Source of the DNA: Spirochaetia bacterium | GTDB taxonomy: Bacteria > Spirochaetota > Spirochaetia > UBA9216 | Length of the DNA stretch: 64,000 bases | Assembly (NCBI GenBank): GCA_963677925.2 | Contig: CAXXYH010000004.1 | Coordinates: 2,400,001-2,464,000 of the forward strand | Reading direction: 5' to 3' | Part shown: in pieces, positions 50,819 to 59,191 of the stretch | Position numbering within the stretch: position 1 is the stretch's first letter | How the letters are laid out: every line of letters starts with the position of its first letter | The notes under the pieces: model-generated | What the model saw: only the letters and a program-made list of their open reading frames with translations | Told to the model about the DNA's origin: nothing | The model's database searches: none | Translations under genes and position numbers: made by a program

Positions 50819-51757
50819 GTGGTTAATAAACGCGTAAAAAAAAAGGGTTTGGGTCTCAAGGGGCTTAAACCCTATTATATTATTTCAGCTTTTATCATTA
50901 TACTGCTTGTGTTATTAATTTTTTTGATGAACAGACAGGCTCAAATTAAAAATCCGGAAAATAGTCCTTCAGTAGTTGAGTCAGGAAATAATCGGGTACC
51001 GGAAAACGTACCGGAGAAAACAATAGCAGAAACACCTGTTATGCCGGAACATCCTGAGTATCCTGAAAAAAAGGATATGGGTGATCTTGTTTTTGTAATA
51101 GATGATGTTGGAAACAGTACCGAACTGCTGAAAGCTTTTCTTGATATTCCATACCCTGTTACGTTTGCAATTATGCCTGACAGGCAATATACTGAGGAAT
51201 GTGCTGCTATGATTACAGCAGCAGGTAAAGAATATATCCTTCATCAGCCGATGGAGGCAATAGGCGATTCAGATCCTGGAGCTTCGGCTATTTATACCGG
51301 CATGAGCCGTACTGAAATTAGAGAGATTCTTGCCCATAATTTCAGTCAGCTTCCGGATGCAAAGGGCATGAATAATCATATGGGATCAAAAGCGACATCG
51401 GATCCCGAAGTAATGAGTATTGTGATGGAATATCTGTCAGAAAACGGGCTTTTTTTTCTTGATAGTTACACAATAGCCGAATCTAACTCAGCTGAAAAAG
51501 CTGCGGAAAAGTCGGTATCTTACCTTAAGAGGAATACAATGTTTTTGGACAATGAAAAGGATCAGGATTCCATTATAGAAGCAATAAACGAAGGAAAAAA
51601 AGCAGCCGGGAAAAAGGGGCATGCAGTTATGATTGGCCATGTAGTAAGCGATGAGCTTGCAAAGGCAATGCTGGAGCTGTATCCTACTTTTATTGAAGAC
51701 GGTTTTACTCTCAAGGAGATATCTGAAATCTTTCTTGAAATGAATCAGCCGGAATAG
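50819..51757 (+). CDS. Divergent polysaccharide deacetylase (YibQ-like)
   Basis: IDDVG, LHQPME, NNHMGS, FLDS and IGH; N-terminal TM. Confidence 0.9.
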   Translation: MVNKRVKKKGLGLKGLKPYYIISAFIIILLVLLIFLMNRQAQIKNPENSPSVVESGNNRVPENVPEKTIAETPVMPEHPEYPEKKDMGDLVFVIDDVGNSTELLKAFLDIPYPVTFAIMPDRQYTEECAAMITAAGKEYILHQPMEAIGDSDPGASAIYTGMSRTEIREILAHNFSQLPDAKGMNNHMGSKATSDPEVMSIVMEYLSENGLFFLDSYTIAESNSAEKAAEKSVSYLKRNTMFLDNEKDQDSIIEAINEGKKAAGKKGHAVMIGHVVSDELAKAMLELYPTFIEDGFTLKEISEIFLEMNQPE

Positions 51758-51767
51758 ACTTACAGTT

Positions 51768-52781
51768 ATGCTAGTTCTCGGTATTGAAAGTTCATGCGAT
51801 GAATGCGCTGCCTCGGTTGTAGAGGACGGGCGTAGCATCCTCAGCAATGAAATTGCCACACAGATAGACATCCATGTTCCGTATAACGGAGTTGTTCCGG
51901 AAATTGCTTCGAGGACTCATACAGAATGGGTCTCAGGCGTGGTCAACCGGGCACTTGAGACTTCAGGTAAAACGCTGTCTGAAATTGACGGTATTGCAGT
52001 TACCAACCGTCCCGGACTTATAGGTTCACTGCTTGTCGGACTTTCTTTTGCAAAGGGCTTATCACTCGCAAGCGGTATTCCTTTTATCGGTGTAGATCAT
52101 ATTCTCGCTCATTTATATGCTGCAAAGCTTGAATTTGAAATTGAATATCCCTATATGGGGCTGCTCGTTTCCGGAGGACATACAATTATCTCAATAGTAA
52201 AAGCCTTTGATGATATTGAAGTTCTTGGAACTACTATCGATGATGCCTGCGGCGAAGCTTATGATAAGGTTGCAAAGCATTATGGCTTCGGATATCCGGG
52301 CGGGGCTGTCATTGATAAAATGGCTCAGAACGGAGATGCAGCAGCTTTCAGTTTTCCTGATCCTTCACTTCATAAGGGTGATCACAGATATGATGTCTCC
52401 TATTCGGGCCTAAAAACCGCTGTAATAAACCAGCTTGAGCAGTTCAGGAATGAAGGTTTTGAAGCGACAAACGAGAATATATCCGCGGGTTTTCAAAAAG
52501 CGGCTATTGATATGCTGACTAAAAGACTGTTTAAGGCTGCTCAGGATAATAATATTAACAGGATAGTTGCCGGCGGCGGAGTTGCTGCCAATTCTTATCT
52601 GAGAGAATCTTTAAAATCCAGAAATAATTTCAAGGTGTTTTTTCCATCAATGACGCTGTGTACCGACAATGCCGCAATGATAGCAGGAATAGGCTACCAC
52701 CATCTGGCAAGAGGTGAAAAATCTGAACTTTCCTTAAATGCCGGTTCCAGGGTGGATGGCTTTCGAAAAAAATACCCCTGA
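51768..52781 (+). CDS. tsaD: tRNA threonylcarbamoyltransferase
   Basis: GIESSCDE, GVVPEIASR, H..AH, SGGHT, GEAYDK and TDNAAMIA. Confidence 0.95.
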   Translation: MLVLGIESSCDECAASVVEDGRSILSNEIATQIDIHVPYNGVVPEIASRTHTEWVSGVVNRALETSGKTLSEIDGIAVTNRPGLIGSLLVGLSFAKGLSLASGIPFIGVDHILAHLYAAKLEFEIEYPYMGLLVSGGHTIISIVKAFDDIEVLGTTIDDACGEAYDKVAKHYGFGYPGGAVIDKMAQNGDAAAFSFPDPSLHKGDHRYDVSYSGLKTAVINQLEQFRNEGFEATNENISAGFQKAAIDMLTKRLFKAAQDNNINRIVAGGGVAANSYLRESLKSRNNFKVFFPSMTLCTDNAAMIAGIGYHHLARGEKSELSLNAGSRVDGFRKKYP

Positions 52782-52792
52782 TTTCTCAGGGG
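52775..52792. terminator. Hairpin between convergent tsaD and satP
   Basis: CCCCTGA-TTTC-TCAGGGG with an A-rich left flank. Confidence 0.55.
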
Positions 52793-52814
52793 ATCCAAAT
52801 TATTTAATTAATAA

Positions 52815-53381
52815 TTATTTGACCATTCCAAGCGGCAGAATTGTTTTACCGTAAACCTCATTGAGGATAAGGGCAATTGCTGTGTAGAAAGCTGAAAAAC
52901 CGCAAAAGATTCCCTCTATTCCTGCAATGGTATGAAGTACATGACTTCCGGTAAAATCGGATAAGGCAAGCAGAACAAAAAGAATAGTAAGTGAGCCGAA
53001 AATAGTCTGATGTGCTTTGCTGATTTTAAGAGTTCCGAAATACATGCAGAAAGTAAAGATTCCCCAGAGAAGAAGATAAAAACCGGCATCAAGGCTTGTT
53101 GAAGATGTTACCATTTCTGCAGGAAGCAGTTTAAGGGCAACAAAAGAGAGCCAGAAAAAACCGTACATGGTAAATGCTGTAGCTCCGAAAGTATTGCCGA
53201 TTTTCCATTCCTGTACACCGGCTATTACCTGTGCGAGACCTCCTACAAAAATTCCCATGCCCAGAATCATAGCTGTTAGGGGGAATACCCCGGCATTATG
53301 GATGTTAAGCAGAATGGTAGTCATTCCGAATCCGAGCAGGCCCAGCGGCGCCGGATTTCCAGTACTTGAGTTTGCAGACAC
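52815..53381 (-). CDS. satP: Acetate uptake transporter (GPR1/FUN34/YaaH)
   Basis: NPAPLGL.GF signature; NTFGATAF. Confidence 0.9.
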   Translation of the reverse strand: MSANSSTGNPAPLGLLGFGMTTILLNIHNAGVFPLTAMILGMGIFVGGLAQVIAGVQEWKIGNTFGATAFTMYGFFWLSFVALKLLPAEMVTSSTSLDAGFYLLLWGIFTFCMYFGTLKISKAHQTIFGSLTILFVLLALSDFTGSHVLHTIAGIEGIFCGFSAFYTAIALILNEVYGKTILPLGMVK

Positions 53382-53403
53382 TAATACACTCCTGATAGAT
53401 AAT

Positions 53404-53433
53404 AAAAAAAAGCCGCTGCGAACGCAGCGGCTT
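53404..53433 (-). terminator. Intrinsic terminator of fba
   Basis: AAGCCGCTGCG-AA-CGCAGCGGCTT, with an A8 run that reads as a T tract on the minus strand. Confidence 0.9.
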
Positions 53434-53469
53434 GTATACTAACTTAAAACACTGTTTTTGGAAAGTCCC

Positions 53470-54468
53470 TCAGGCCTTACCTGCAGATCCTAGAACGTTA
53501 TTATTCTTTGCCGAATACAGTTCTTTCAGTGCATCTCTGGCTGGAGAAAGGTACTGTCTGGGGTCGAAATGTGCAGGGTTTTCAGCCATGTATTTCCTTA
53601 TGGCTGCAGTCATTGCAAGACGACCGTCAGAATCAATGTTTATCTTGCATACTGCAGAAGCTGCCGCTTTTCTCAGCTGTTCTTCAGGAATTCCTACAGC
53701 ATCCTTAAGTGCACCGCCGTTCGCATTAATGGTATTTACCTGATCCTGTGGAACAGAGGATGAGCCGTGAAGTACAATAGGGAATCCCGGAAGTTTTTCT
53801 TCTATTTCTTCAAGAATATCAAATCTTAAAGGTGGAGGAACTAAAACACCGTCAGCATTCCTTGTACACTGCTCTGGCTTGAATTTATTTGCACCGTGAG
53901 AGGTACCGATTGATATTGCAAGTGAATCAACGCCTGTTTTTGATACAAAGTCAATTACTTCCTCAGGTCTTGTATATGTTGATTTTTCAGCAACAACATC
54001 ATCTTCTATTCCTGCAAGTACTCCAAGTTCACCTTCAACAGTAACATAGTTTTCCTGTGAGTGTGCGTAGTCAACTACTTTCTTGGTGAGTGCAACGTTT
54101 TCTTCATATGAATGATGTGAACCGTCAATCATTACTGAAGAAAAACCATTATCAATACATTCTTTGCAGATTTCAAAATCGGCGCCGTGATCAAGATGCA
54201 GTACTACAGGTATGTCATAACCAAGTTCATGTGCATATTCAACTGCACCCTTGGCCATATTCCTCAGCAGCGTACCGTTTGCATATTTTCTTGCACCTGC
54301 TGATACCTGAAGGATAACTGGTGATTTTGTTTCGACACAAGCCTGAATAATAGCCTGCATCTGCTCCATATTGTTGAAGTTATATGCGGGTATAGCATAG
54401 CCGCCTTCAACAGCCTTGGCAAACATTTCCTTGGTGTTAACCAGGCCAAGTTCCTTGTATGAAGTCAT
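53470..54468 (-). CDS. fba: Class II fructose-bisphosphate aldolase
   Basis: HLDHG, SSVMIDGS, VEGELG, GTSHG, VLHGSS and KINIDSD. ATG 54468 follows AAGGAG. Confidence 0.95.
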   Translation of the reverse strand: MTSYKELGLVNTKEMFAKAVEGGYAIPAYNFNNMEQMQAIIQACVETKSPVILQVSAGARKYANGTLLRNMAKGAVEYAHELGYDIPVVLHLDHGADFEICKECIDNGFSSVMIDGSHHSYEENVALTKKVVDYAHSQENYVTVEGELGVLAGIEDDVVAEKSTYTRPEEVIDFVSKTGVDSLAISIGTSHGANKFKPEQCTRNADGVLVPPPLRFDILEEIEEKLPGFPIVLHGSSSVPQDQVNTINANGGALKDAVGIPEEQLRKAAASAVCKINIDSDGRLAMTAAIRKYMAENPAHFDPRQYLSPARDALKELYSAKNNNVLGSAGKA

Positions 54469-54617
54469 ACTTTTAACTCCTTGTATATTCATTCGAGATA
54501 AAGATTAATCACGGATGTGCACACTGTCAAGGCAAACCCGAAACTTTTGAACAAGTTCTTCATTTAATTGATAAATCTCGCTTGATTATTAATTACAGGA
54601 ATATTAGCATAAATTCG

Positions 54618-55532
54618 ATGAAGCTCAGAAATCCGGTATTACTTATGTCGTTTCTTTTACTTTCTGCAATGCCTTTATATTCAGATTCCTATGTTCTTGT
54701 TACAGACAGATACTGGAATGCTATGCTTGAGCAGGAGTATAAACCAGGACTAATTAAGAAGATTAAGATTTTTATTGAAGAGCATACCGGATTGAATTTT
54801 GAGAACAATTTAAGAATTGACGGAAAGAAAATCAGGCTTGATTTGATTGAGGATGACTCGGTACTTGGTTCCGTTGAAAAGCTCAGTAATGAAATCAGGA
54901 CTGCCTCTGAGGATACAGTTCTGCTCAGCCCTTATATATCATCGGCGGCTGAAGAATTGGCTGCAATGTTTCCTGATAAGAAAATTGTAGCCTTAAAAGC
55001 TGATGATAATCAAAATTCAGAAAGTTTCACCGAGACAGTTGAGAATCTGTATCACCTGATTTGGGATTATGAAGCGGCTTTTCTGAGTGCGGGAAAACAT
55101 GCTGCTGAGTTTGATAAAACCCTCATTGGTATTTTTTACACAGGGACACCGGAATTCCTGAACCAATATGAAACCTTTATGAAGGGATTTGATTCGATTA
55201 ATCCTGCTGTGGAGAAGGATATAATAAAATTTACCAATATTGATGATAAAAATGTTGTAAAGAAATTCAATGAAAAAATTGTGAACCATGACATTTTTTC
55301 TGCTGCAGTATTTGCCGGTCCATACAATCCTGATATACTTGCAGGAGAAGAGGGGGCCGGGACTGAGGATATTCTGTCTGCGAACACGCTTATCTGGTCG
55401 AATTCCGGTTTCCAGGTAAAAGGTTCGGTGGAACTGACTCCTTTGACGGTTCTCAGCTATGGAATCCGTGAATTTTCGGCAAAAGACGCTGAAAATTCAA
55501 AAAAAATATATGCGGATTTTATTTTATACTGA
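54618..55532 (+). CDS. Secreted hypothetical protein (possible periplasmic-binding-like fold)
   Basis: Long ORF with a signal peptide from ATG 54618. The fold guess is weak. Confidence 0.55.
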   Translation: MKLRNPVLLMSFLLLSAMPLYSDSYVLVTDRYWNAMLEQEYKPGLIKKIKIFIEEHTGLNFENNLRIDGKKIRLDLIEDDSVLGSVEKLSNEIRTASEDTVLLSPYISSAAEELAAMFPDKKIVALKADDNQNSESFTETVENLYHLIWDYEAAFLSAGKHAAEFDKTLIGIFYTGTPEFLNQYETFMKGFDSINPAVEKDIIKFTNIDDKNVVKKFNEKIVNHDIFSAAVFAGPYNPDILAGEEGAGTEDILSANTLIWSNSGFQVKGSVELTPLTVLSYGIREFSAKDAENSKKIYADFILY

Positions 55533-55555
55533 AAAGACCCGAAAAAGAAAAAGAT

Positions 55556-55584
55556 TTGACAAACATATTTGTAAGAAATATAAT
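55556..55584 (+). promoter_or_regulatory. Consensus sigma70 promoter of the flaA pair
   Basis: TTGACA-17-TATAAT. Confidence 0.85.
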
Positions 55585-55634
55585 TCAAATTGTCTTGGAT
55601 TCTGTGACTTTTGTTACTACATTAAGGAGTAAAA

Positions 55635-56369
55635 ATGATGAAACGAGGTAGCTTCCTATTCCTGTGCATTTTACTCGCCATTGCCTTCGTTATTCCTTCG
55701 AATGCGTTCGCAGATGAATCAACCGAGAATCTGGTCTCATGGGTTATCGAAAGCTTCGATCCTGAAGATAGAACCAGCGACTGGGTTGTTACAGCGAGTA
55801 AGTTTGTAACAGAGGGTTATCCCAAGCAGATTTATGCTAAAAACTGGCCTGAAGCTCTGTGGGGATACAATCTGGAAGGAAAGGATTACGAAGTTCTTGG
55901 TATAAATGCCAAATTTGATCGGAAAGGATATAATTATCTTGAGATTGTGCCTATTACCGGCGATCCGGCAGGCGAATGGCAGCATAATCCTATAGCACTC
56001 AAGGGTCGAGTTCAGAAATTCGACTGCTGGGTATGGGGTTCAATGTATGATTATAATATAGAACTGCATCTGATGGATTATAACGGAGTGAACTGGGTTC
56101 TTCCTGTAGGAAACCTTAAGTACAGCGGATGGAAAAACCTTGCGGTAAGTATTCCAGCTTATGTACCGCAGTCTGCCGTTTATATTCCATATTATAAACA
56201 GCTTACATTTGAAAAAATGGTTATCTGGACCATGCCTTATGAAGCTGTTGATGATTTCTATATTTATATCGATCATCTCAAGATTCTTACAGACGTATTC
56301 GAATCAAGGTTTGACGGAGACACTCTGACATGGCCTGACAAGATCGATGAAATGTGGGGTAATGAATGA
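55635..56369 (+). CDS. flaA: Flagellar filament outer-layer (sheath) protein FlaA
   Basis: Signal peptide; LG....F.RKG.N, WVWG and G.L...GWK.L...IP pattern of spirochaete FlaA. Confidence 0.85.
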   Translation: MMKRGSFLFLCILLAIAFVIPSNAFADESTENLVSWVIESFDPEDRTSDWVVTASKFVTEGYPKQIYAKNWPEALWGYNLEGKDYEVLGINAKFDRKGYNYLEIVPITGDPAGEWQHNPIALKGRVQKFDCWVWGSMYDYNIELHLMDYNGVNWVLPVGNLKYSGWKNLAVSIPAYVPQSAVYIPYYKQLTFEKMVIWTMPYEAVDDFYIYIDHLKILTDVFESRFDGDTLTWPDKIDEMWGNE

Positions 56370-57100
56370 TGATGACTCGAATGAATAAAATACTTGTTTT
56401 TTTTATAGTGCTGACTGTTGCAGCAGCTTCAATGGTTTCTGCTCAGGCAGCAAACAGGGCAGTGGGGGATCCTGATCCCACACAGATTGGTGTTGATACT
56501 GCACAGCAGGAACTGAAGGAAGTCTCAATCTCAAAGTTTGAGGATGCAGGCTTCTGGAGAACTACAATGCCGAGAGATTCCGGTATTTCTGCTATCAGAA
56601 AGATTACCGGCGGACCCATTGATAAGGAACCAATTCCTGAAGAGGAAGAACTTGGAATTAGCACCCCCGATGATTATGTTCTTGGTGCAAGGGTTAATTT
56701 CTACAAAAGATCAGTAACCTCTTTTGCAATAATGCCTGCCAATCCGCTTCCTGTAGAAGGAATCTGTAAAACAGTTTCAGTATGGGTAATCGGAAGAAAT
56801 ACTGATCATGTTCTGAAACTTTTAATTAAAGATCATTTTGGACAGAGAGCTGAAATTACCATGGGTAAACTGAATTTCAGCGGCTGGAAAAAAATGACCG
56901 TTGCAGTACCGACAAATATAACCCAGAAAGATTATCATTATGTTAATAAGATGGGTATTGAGATTCTTGGTTTCAAGGTTGATTGTAATGTAGAAGAGAC
57001 CTACGGTTCATACTACATTTATTTTGATGACCTTAGAGCTACAACAGACCTTTTCAGTGAAAACAACAGAGATGTTGATGATATTTCTGATACTTGGTAG
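56366..57100 (+). CDS. flaA: Second FlaA paralog
   Basis: Signal peptide; VLG..V.F, VWVIGRN, GKLNFSGWKK and YFDDL. Confidence 0.85.
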   Translation: MMMTRMNKILVFFIVLTVAAASMVSAQAANRAVGDPDPTQIGVDTAQQELKEVSISKFEDAGFWRTTMPRDSGISAIRKITGGPIDKEPIPEEEELGISTPDDYVLGARVNFYKRSVTSFAIMPANPLPVEGICKTVSVWVIGRNTDHVLKLLIKDHFGQRAEITMGKLNFSGWKKMTVAVPTNITQKDYHYVNKMGIEILGFKVDCNVEETYGSYYIYFDDLRATTDLFSENNRDVDDISDTW

Positions 57101-57129
57101 ACCGGAGATTCATTTTATAGAGATATATG

Positions 57130-57161
57130 GGACTGACTGAGATATGTCAGTCCTTTTTTTT
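57130..57161 (+). terminator. Intrinsic terminator of the flaA operon
   Basis: GGACTGAC-8 nt-GTCAGTCC followed by T8. Confidence 0.85.
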
Positions 57162-57165
57162 GATT

Positions 57166-58386
57166 ATGAATAAAGTTAAATCTATATCCAAAATATTTCT
57201 TCTCTTTACTTTCGTTATTTCAGTAACCTTACTGCATGCGGAATCGGAGAATTCTGAAGGTTATATATTCAGTTTCAGCAGCGCCAGCCGTCTGAAGATA
57301 ACCGAACGATCAAATATCAGAGTCACCGTTAACGGGCAGTATCAGGGTCTTACTTATAATGAGTCAAGAAGTGTTCTTGATTATATGTGGCACAAAGAAG
57401 GCAAGTCCCAGTACGCCGGCAGTTTTCTGGTTTTTCAGGATTCTATCCAGGATACACGAACTATTTCTAATCTAATCGAGCGGGATGAATATTGTGAAAT
57501 CCAGATTGATTCTGCAGGACATTATACTGTTGAGTACGAGCAGACAGTCCCGGTTCTGAGGAGTTTTCCGGTTTTCAGTGTAAAACCTGTTACCCCAGGT
57601 GACAAGTGGCGGGATTTCGGAGAAAGAATAGTAGATCCATTGAATAACGGCAGGCTTACAGCAGTAAAATTTTATTGTGAATACAGCTATGCTGGTATTC
57701 AGAATACTTCTCTTGGTGAAAAGCATATCATAAATGCACAGTATGCAATGAGATATAAAAAAGGTGATTCCTACATGTCTGATGATAATCTTAAACAGAT
57801 TTCAGGAAGACATATGGTAACGATAATGATTGATACCAGAGACAGTTCCTCAATATTTATCCGTGATATGCTGGATGAACAGTATCAGTATACAGATGGA
57901 ACCAGACTTGAACATTCGGGCTTTATTCTGACCTGGTATAATGATGTTGTCGGTATGGATAGAGAGGATGTTGTTAGAAACGTTTCGGAGCTCATTGAAG
58001 AACGTGATTTGCAGGATGTAGAAGTTACCGAAAAACAGGAAGGAATATCAATAAGTCTTCAGGATATTCATTTTGTCCCCGACTCACCGGAAATCCTGCC
58101 GGAAGAAATAAGCAGAATAGACAGGATAGCAGAAATTCTGCGCGATATCGATCCGTCGAAGATTATGGTTGTCGGTCACACTGCCGATGTGGGTACAAAA
58201 GCAAGCCAGTATGAGCTTTCAGAGAAGAGAGCTGAAACTGTAATTAATATTCTTGTTGGAAACGGTTTTCCTCCTGCATTATTTATATACAAGGGAGCCG
58301 GTGGTGATGAACCTGTTGGCGATAACGGAACTGAAGAAGGCCGGGCAAAAAACAGGAGGGTAGAGTTTATAATTCTTGAAGATTAA
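57166..58386 (+). CDS. OmpA-family peptidoglycan-binding protein
   Basis: Signal peptide from ATG 57166; C-terminal GHTA...LSEKRA...NRRVE. Confidence 0.85.
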   Translation: MNKVKSISKIFLLFTFVISVTLLHAESENSEGYIFSFSSASRLKITERSNIRVTVNGQYQGLTYNESRSVLDYMWHKEGKSQYAGSFLVFQDSIQDTRTISNLIERDEYCEIQIDSAGHYTVEYEQTVPVLRSFPVFSVKPVTPGDKWRDFGERIVDPLNNGRLTAVKFYCEYSYAGIQNTSLGEKHIINAQYAMRYKKGDSYMSDDNLKQISGRHMVTIMIDTRDSSSIFIRDMLDEQYQYTDGTRLEHSGFILTWYNDVVGMDREDVVRNVSELIEERDLQDVEVTEKQEGISISLQDIHFVPDSPEILPEEISRIDRIAEILRDIDPSKIMVVGHTADVGTKASQYELSEKRAETVINILVGNGFPPALFIYKGAGGDEPVGDNGTEEGRAKNRRVEFIILED

Positions 58387-59191
58387 ACAGTTTTAAAAAA
58401 TTCATTCTTACTGATAAAACCAGTTCTTCCAGCGGTATCTGGCGAAGTTCAGCAATATAATCGTATGTATAACCGATAAAACCAGGGTGATTGGGCTTTG
58501 CTCTTACCTTCTGAGGTGATAAAAAGGGTGCATCGGTTTCTATTAGAAGACTGTCCAGAGGGACTGACTTTGCAGCATTCTGGATAATTTCAGCATTCTT
58601 ATATGTAACATTACCGGCAAAGGAAATATGGTAACCAAGCTCGCAAAACTTAAGGGCAGTTTCGTCGCTGTAGGAAAAACAGTGAATAATACCCTTTTTT
58701 TTCGGACTGTTTGATGCAATAACAGAAAGGGTATCCTCTTCCGCATCCCTTGAATGAATTACTACAGGAAGTGAAAGCTCATCAGCCAGTTCCAGCTGCT
58801 TTTTAAGAAGAGAAATTTGAAGTTCCCTTGTTCCCTGCATTCTGAAATAATCTAGTCCAATTTCACCCAGCGCAACAGCTTTTTTATCCTGAAGCAGTAT
58901 TTCCTTAAGGTATTCTATATCCGAGTCAATTTCAGGATTTACGCACTCCGAAGGATAATAACCGTGTGCAGTAAACAGATACGGAAGTTTACTTGCTGTT
59001 TCAGCCCGTAATGCAAAGTTTTCGCGGTTAATTCCTATATCAAGAGCATAGTCAAGCCCATTGCTGAAGCAGTAGTCAATGATTCCTGTCTCCTGCATTC
59101 CCCGGTTTTTCATATGGAAAAGATGAAAATGAGAGTCTATACAGCCTTTGGGGATATTATATTTTGAAGTATCAACTGAGTATTGATTCAA
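58367..59191 (-). CDS. tatD: TatD-family hydrolase/DNase
   Basis: DSHFH, GEIGLDY, IHSRDA, IHCFS and ETDAPFL. Confidence 0.9.
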   Translation of the reverse strand: MNQYSVDTSKYNIPKGCIDSHFHLFHMKNRGMQETGIIDYCFSNGLDYALDIGINRENFALRAETASKLPYLFTAHGYYPSECVNPEIDSDIEYLKEILLQDKKAVALGEIGLDYFRMQGTRELQISLLKKQLELADELSLPVVIHSRDAEEDTLSVIASNSPKKKGIIHCFSYSDETALKFCELGYHISFAGNVTYKNAEIIQNAAKSVPLDSLLIETDAPFLSPQKVRAKPNHPGFIGYTYDYIAELRQIPLEELVLSVRMNFLKLFNLQEL

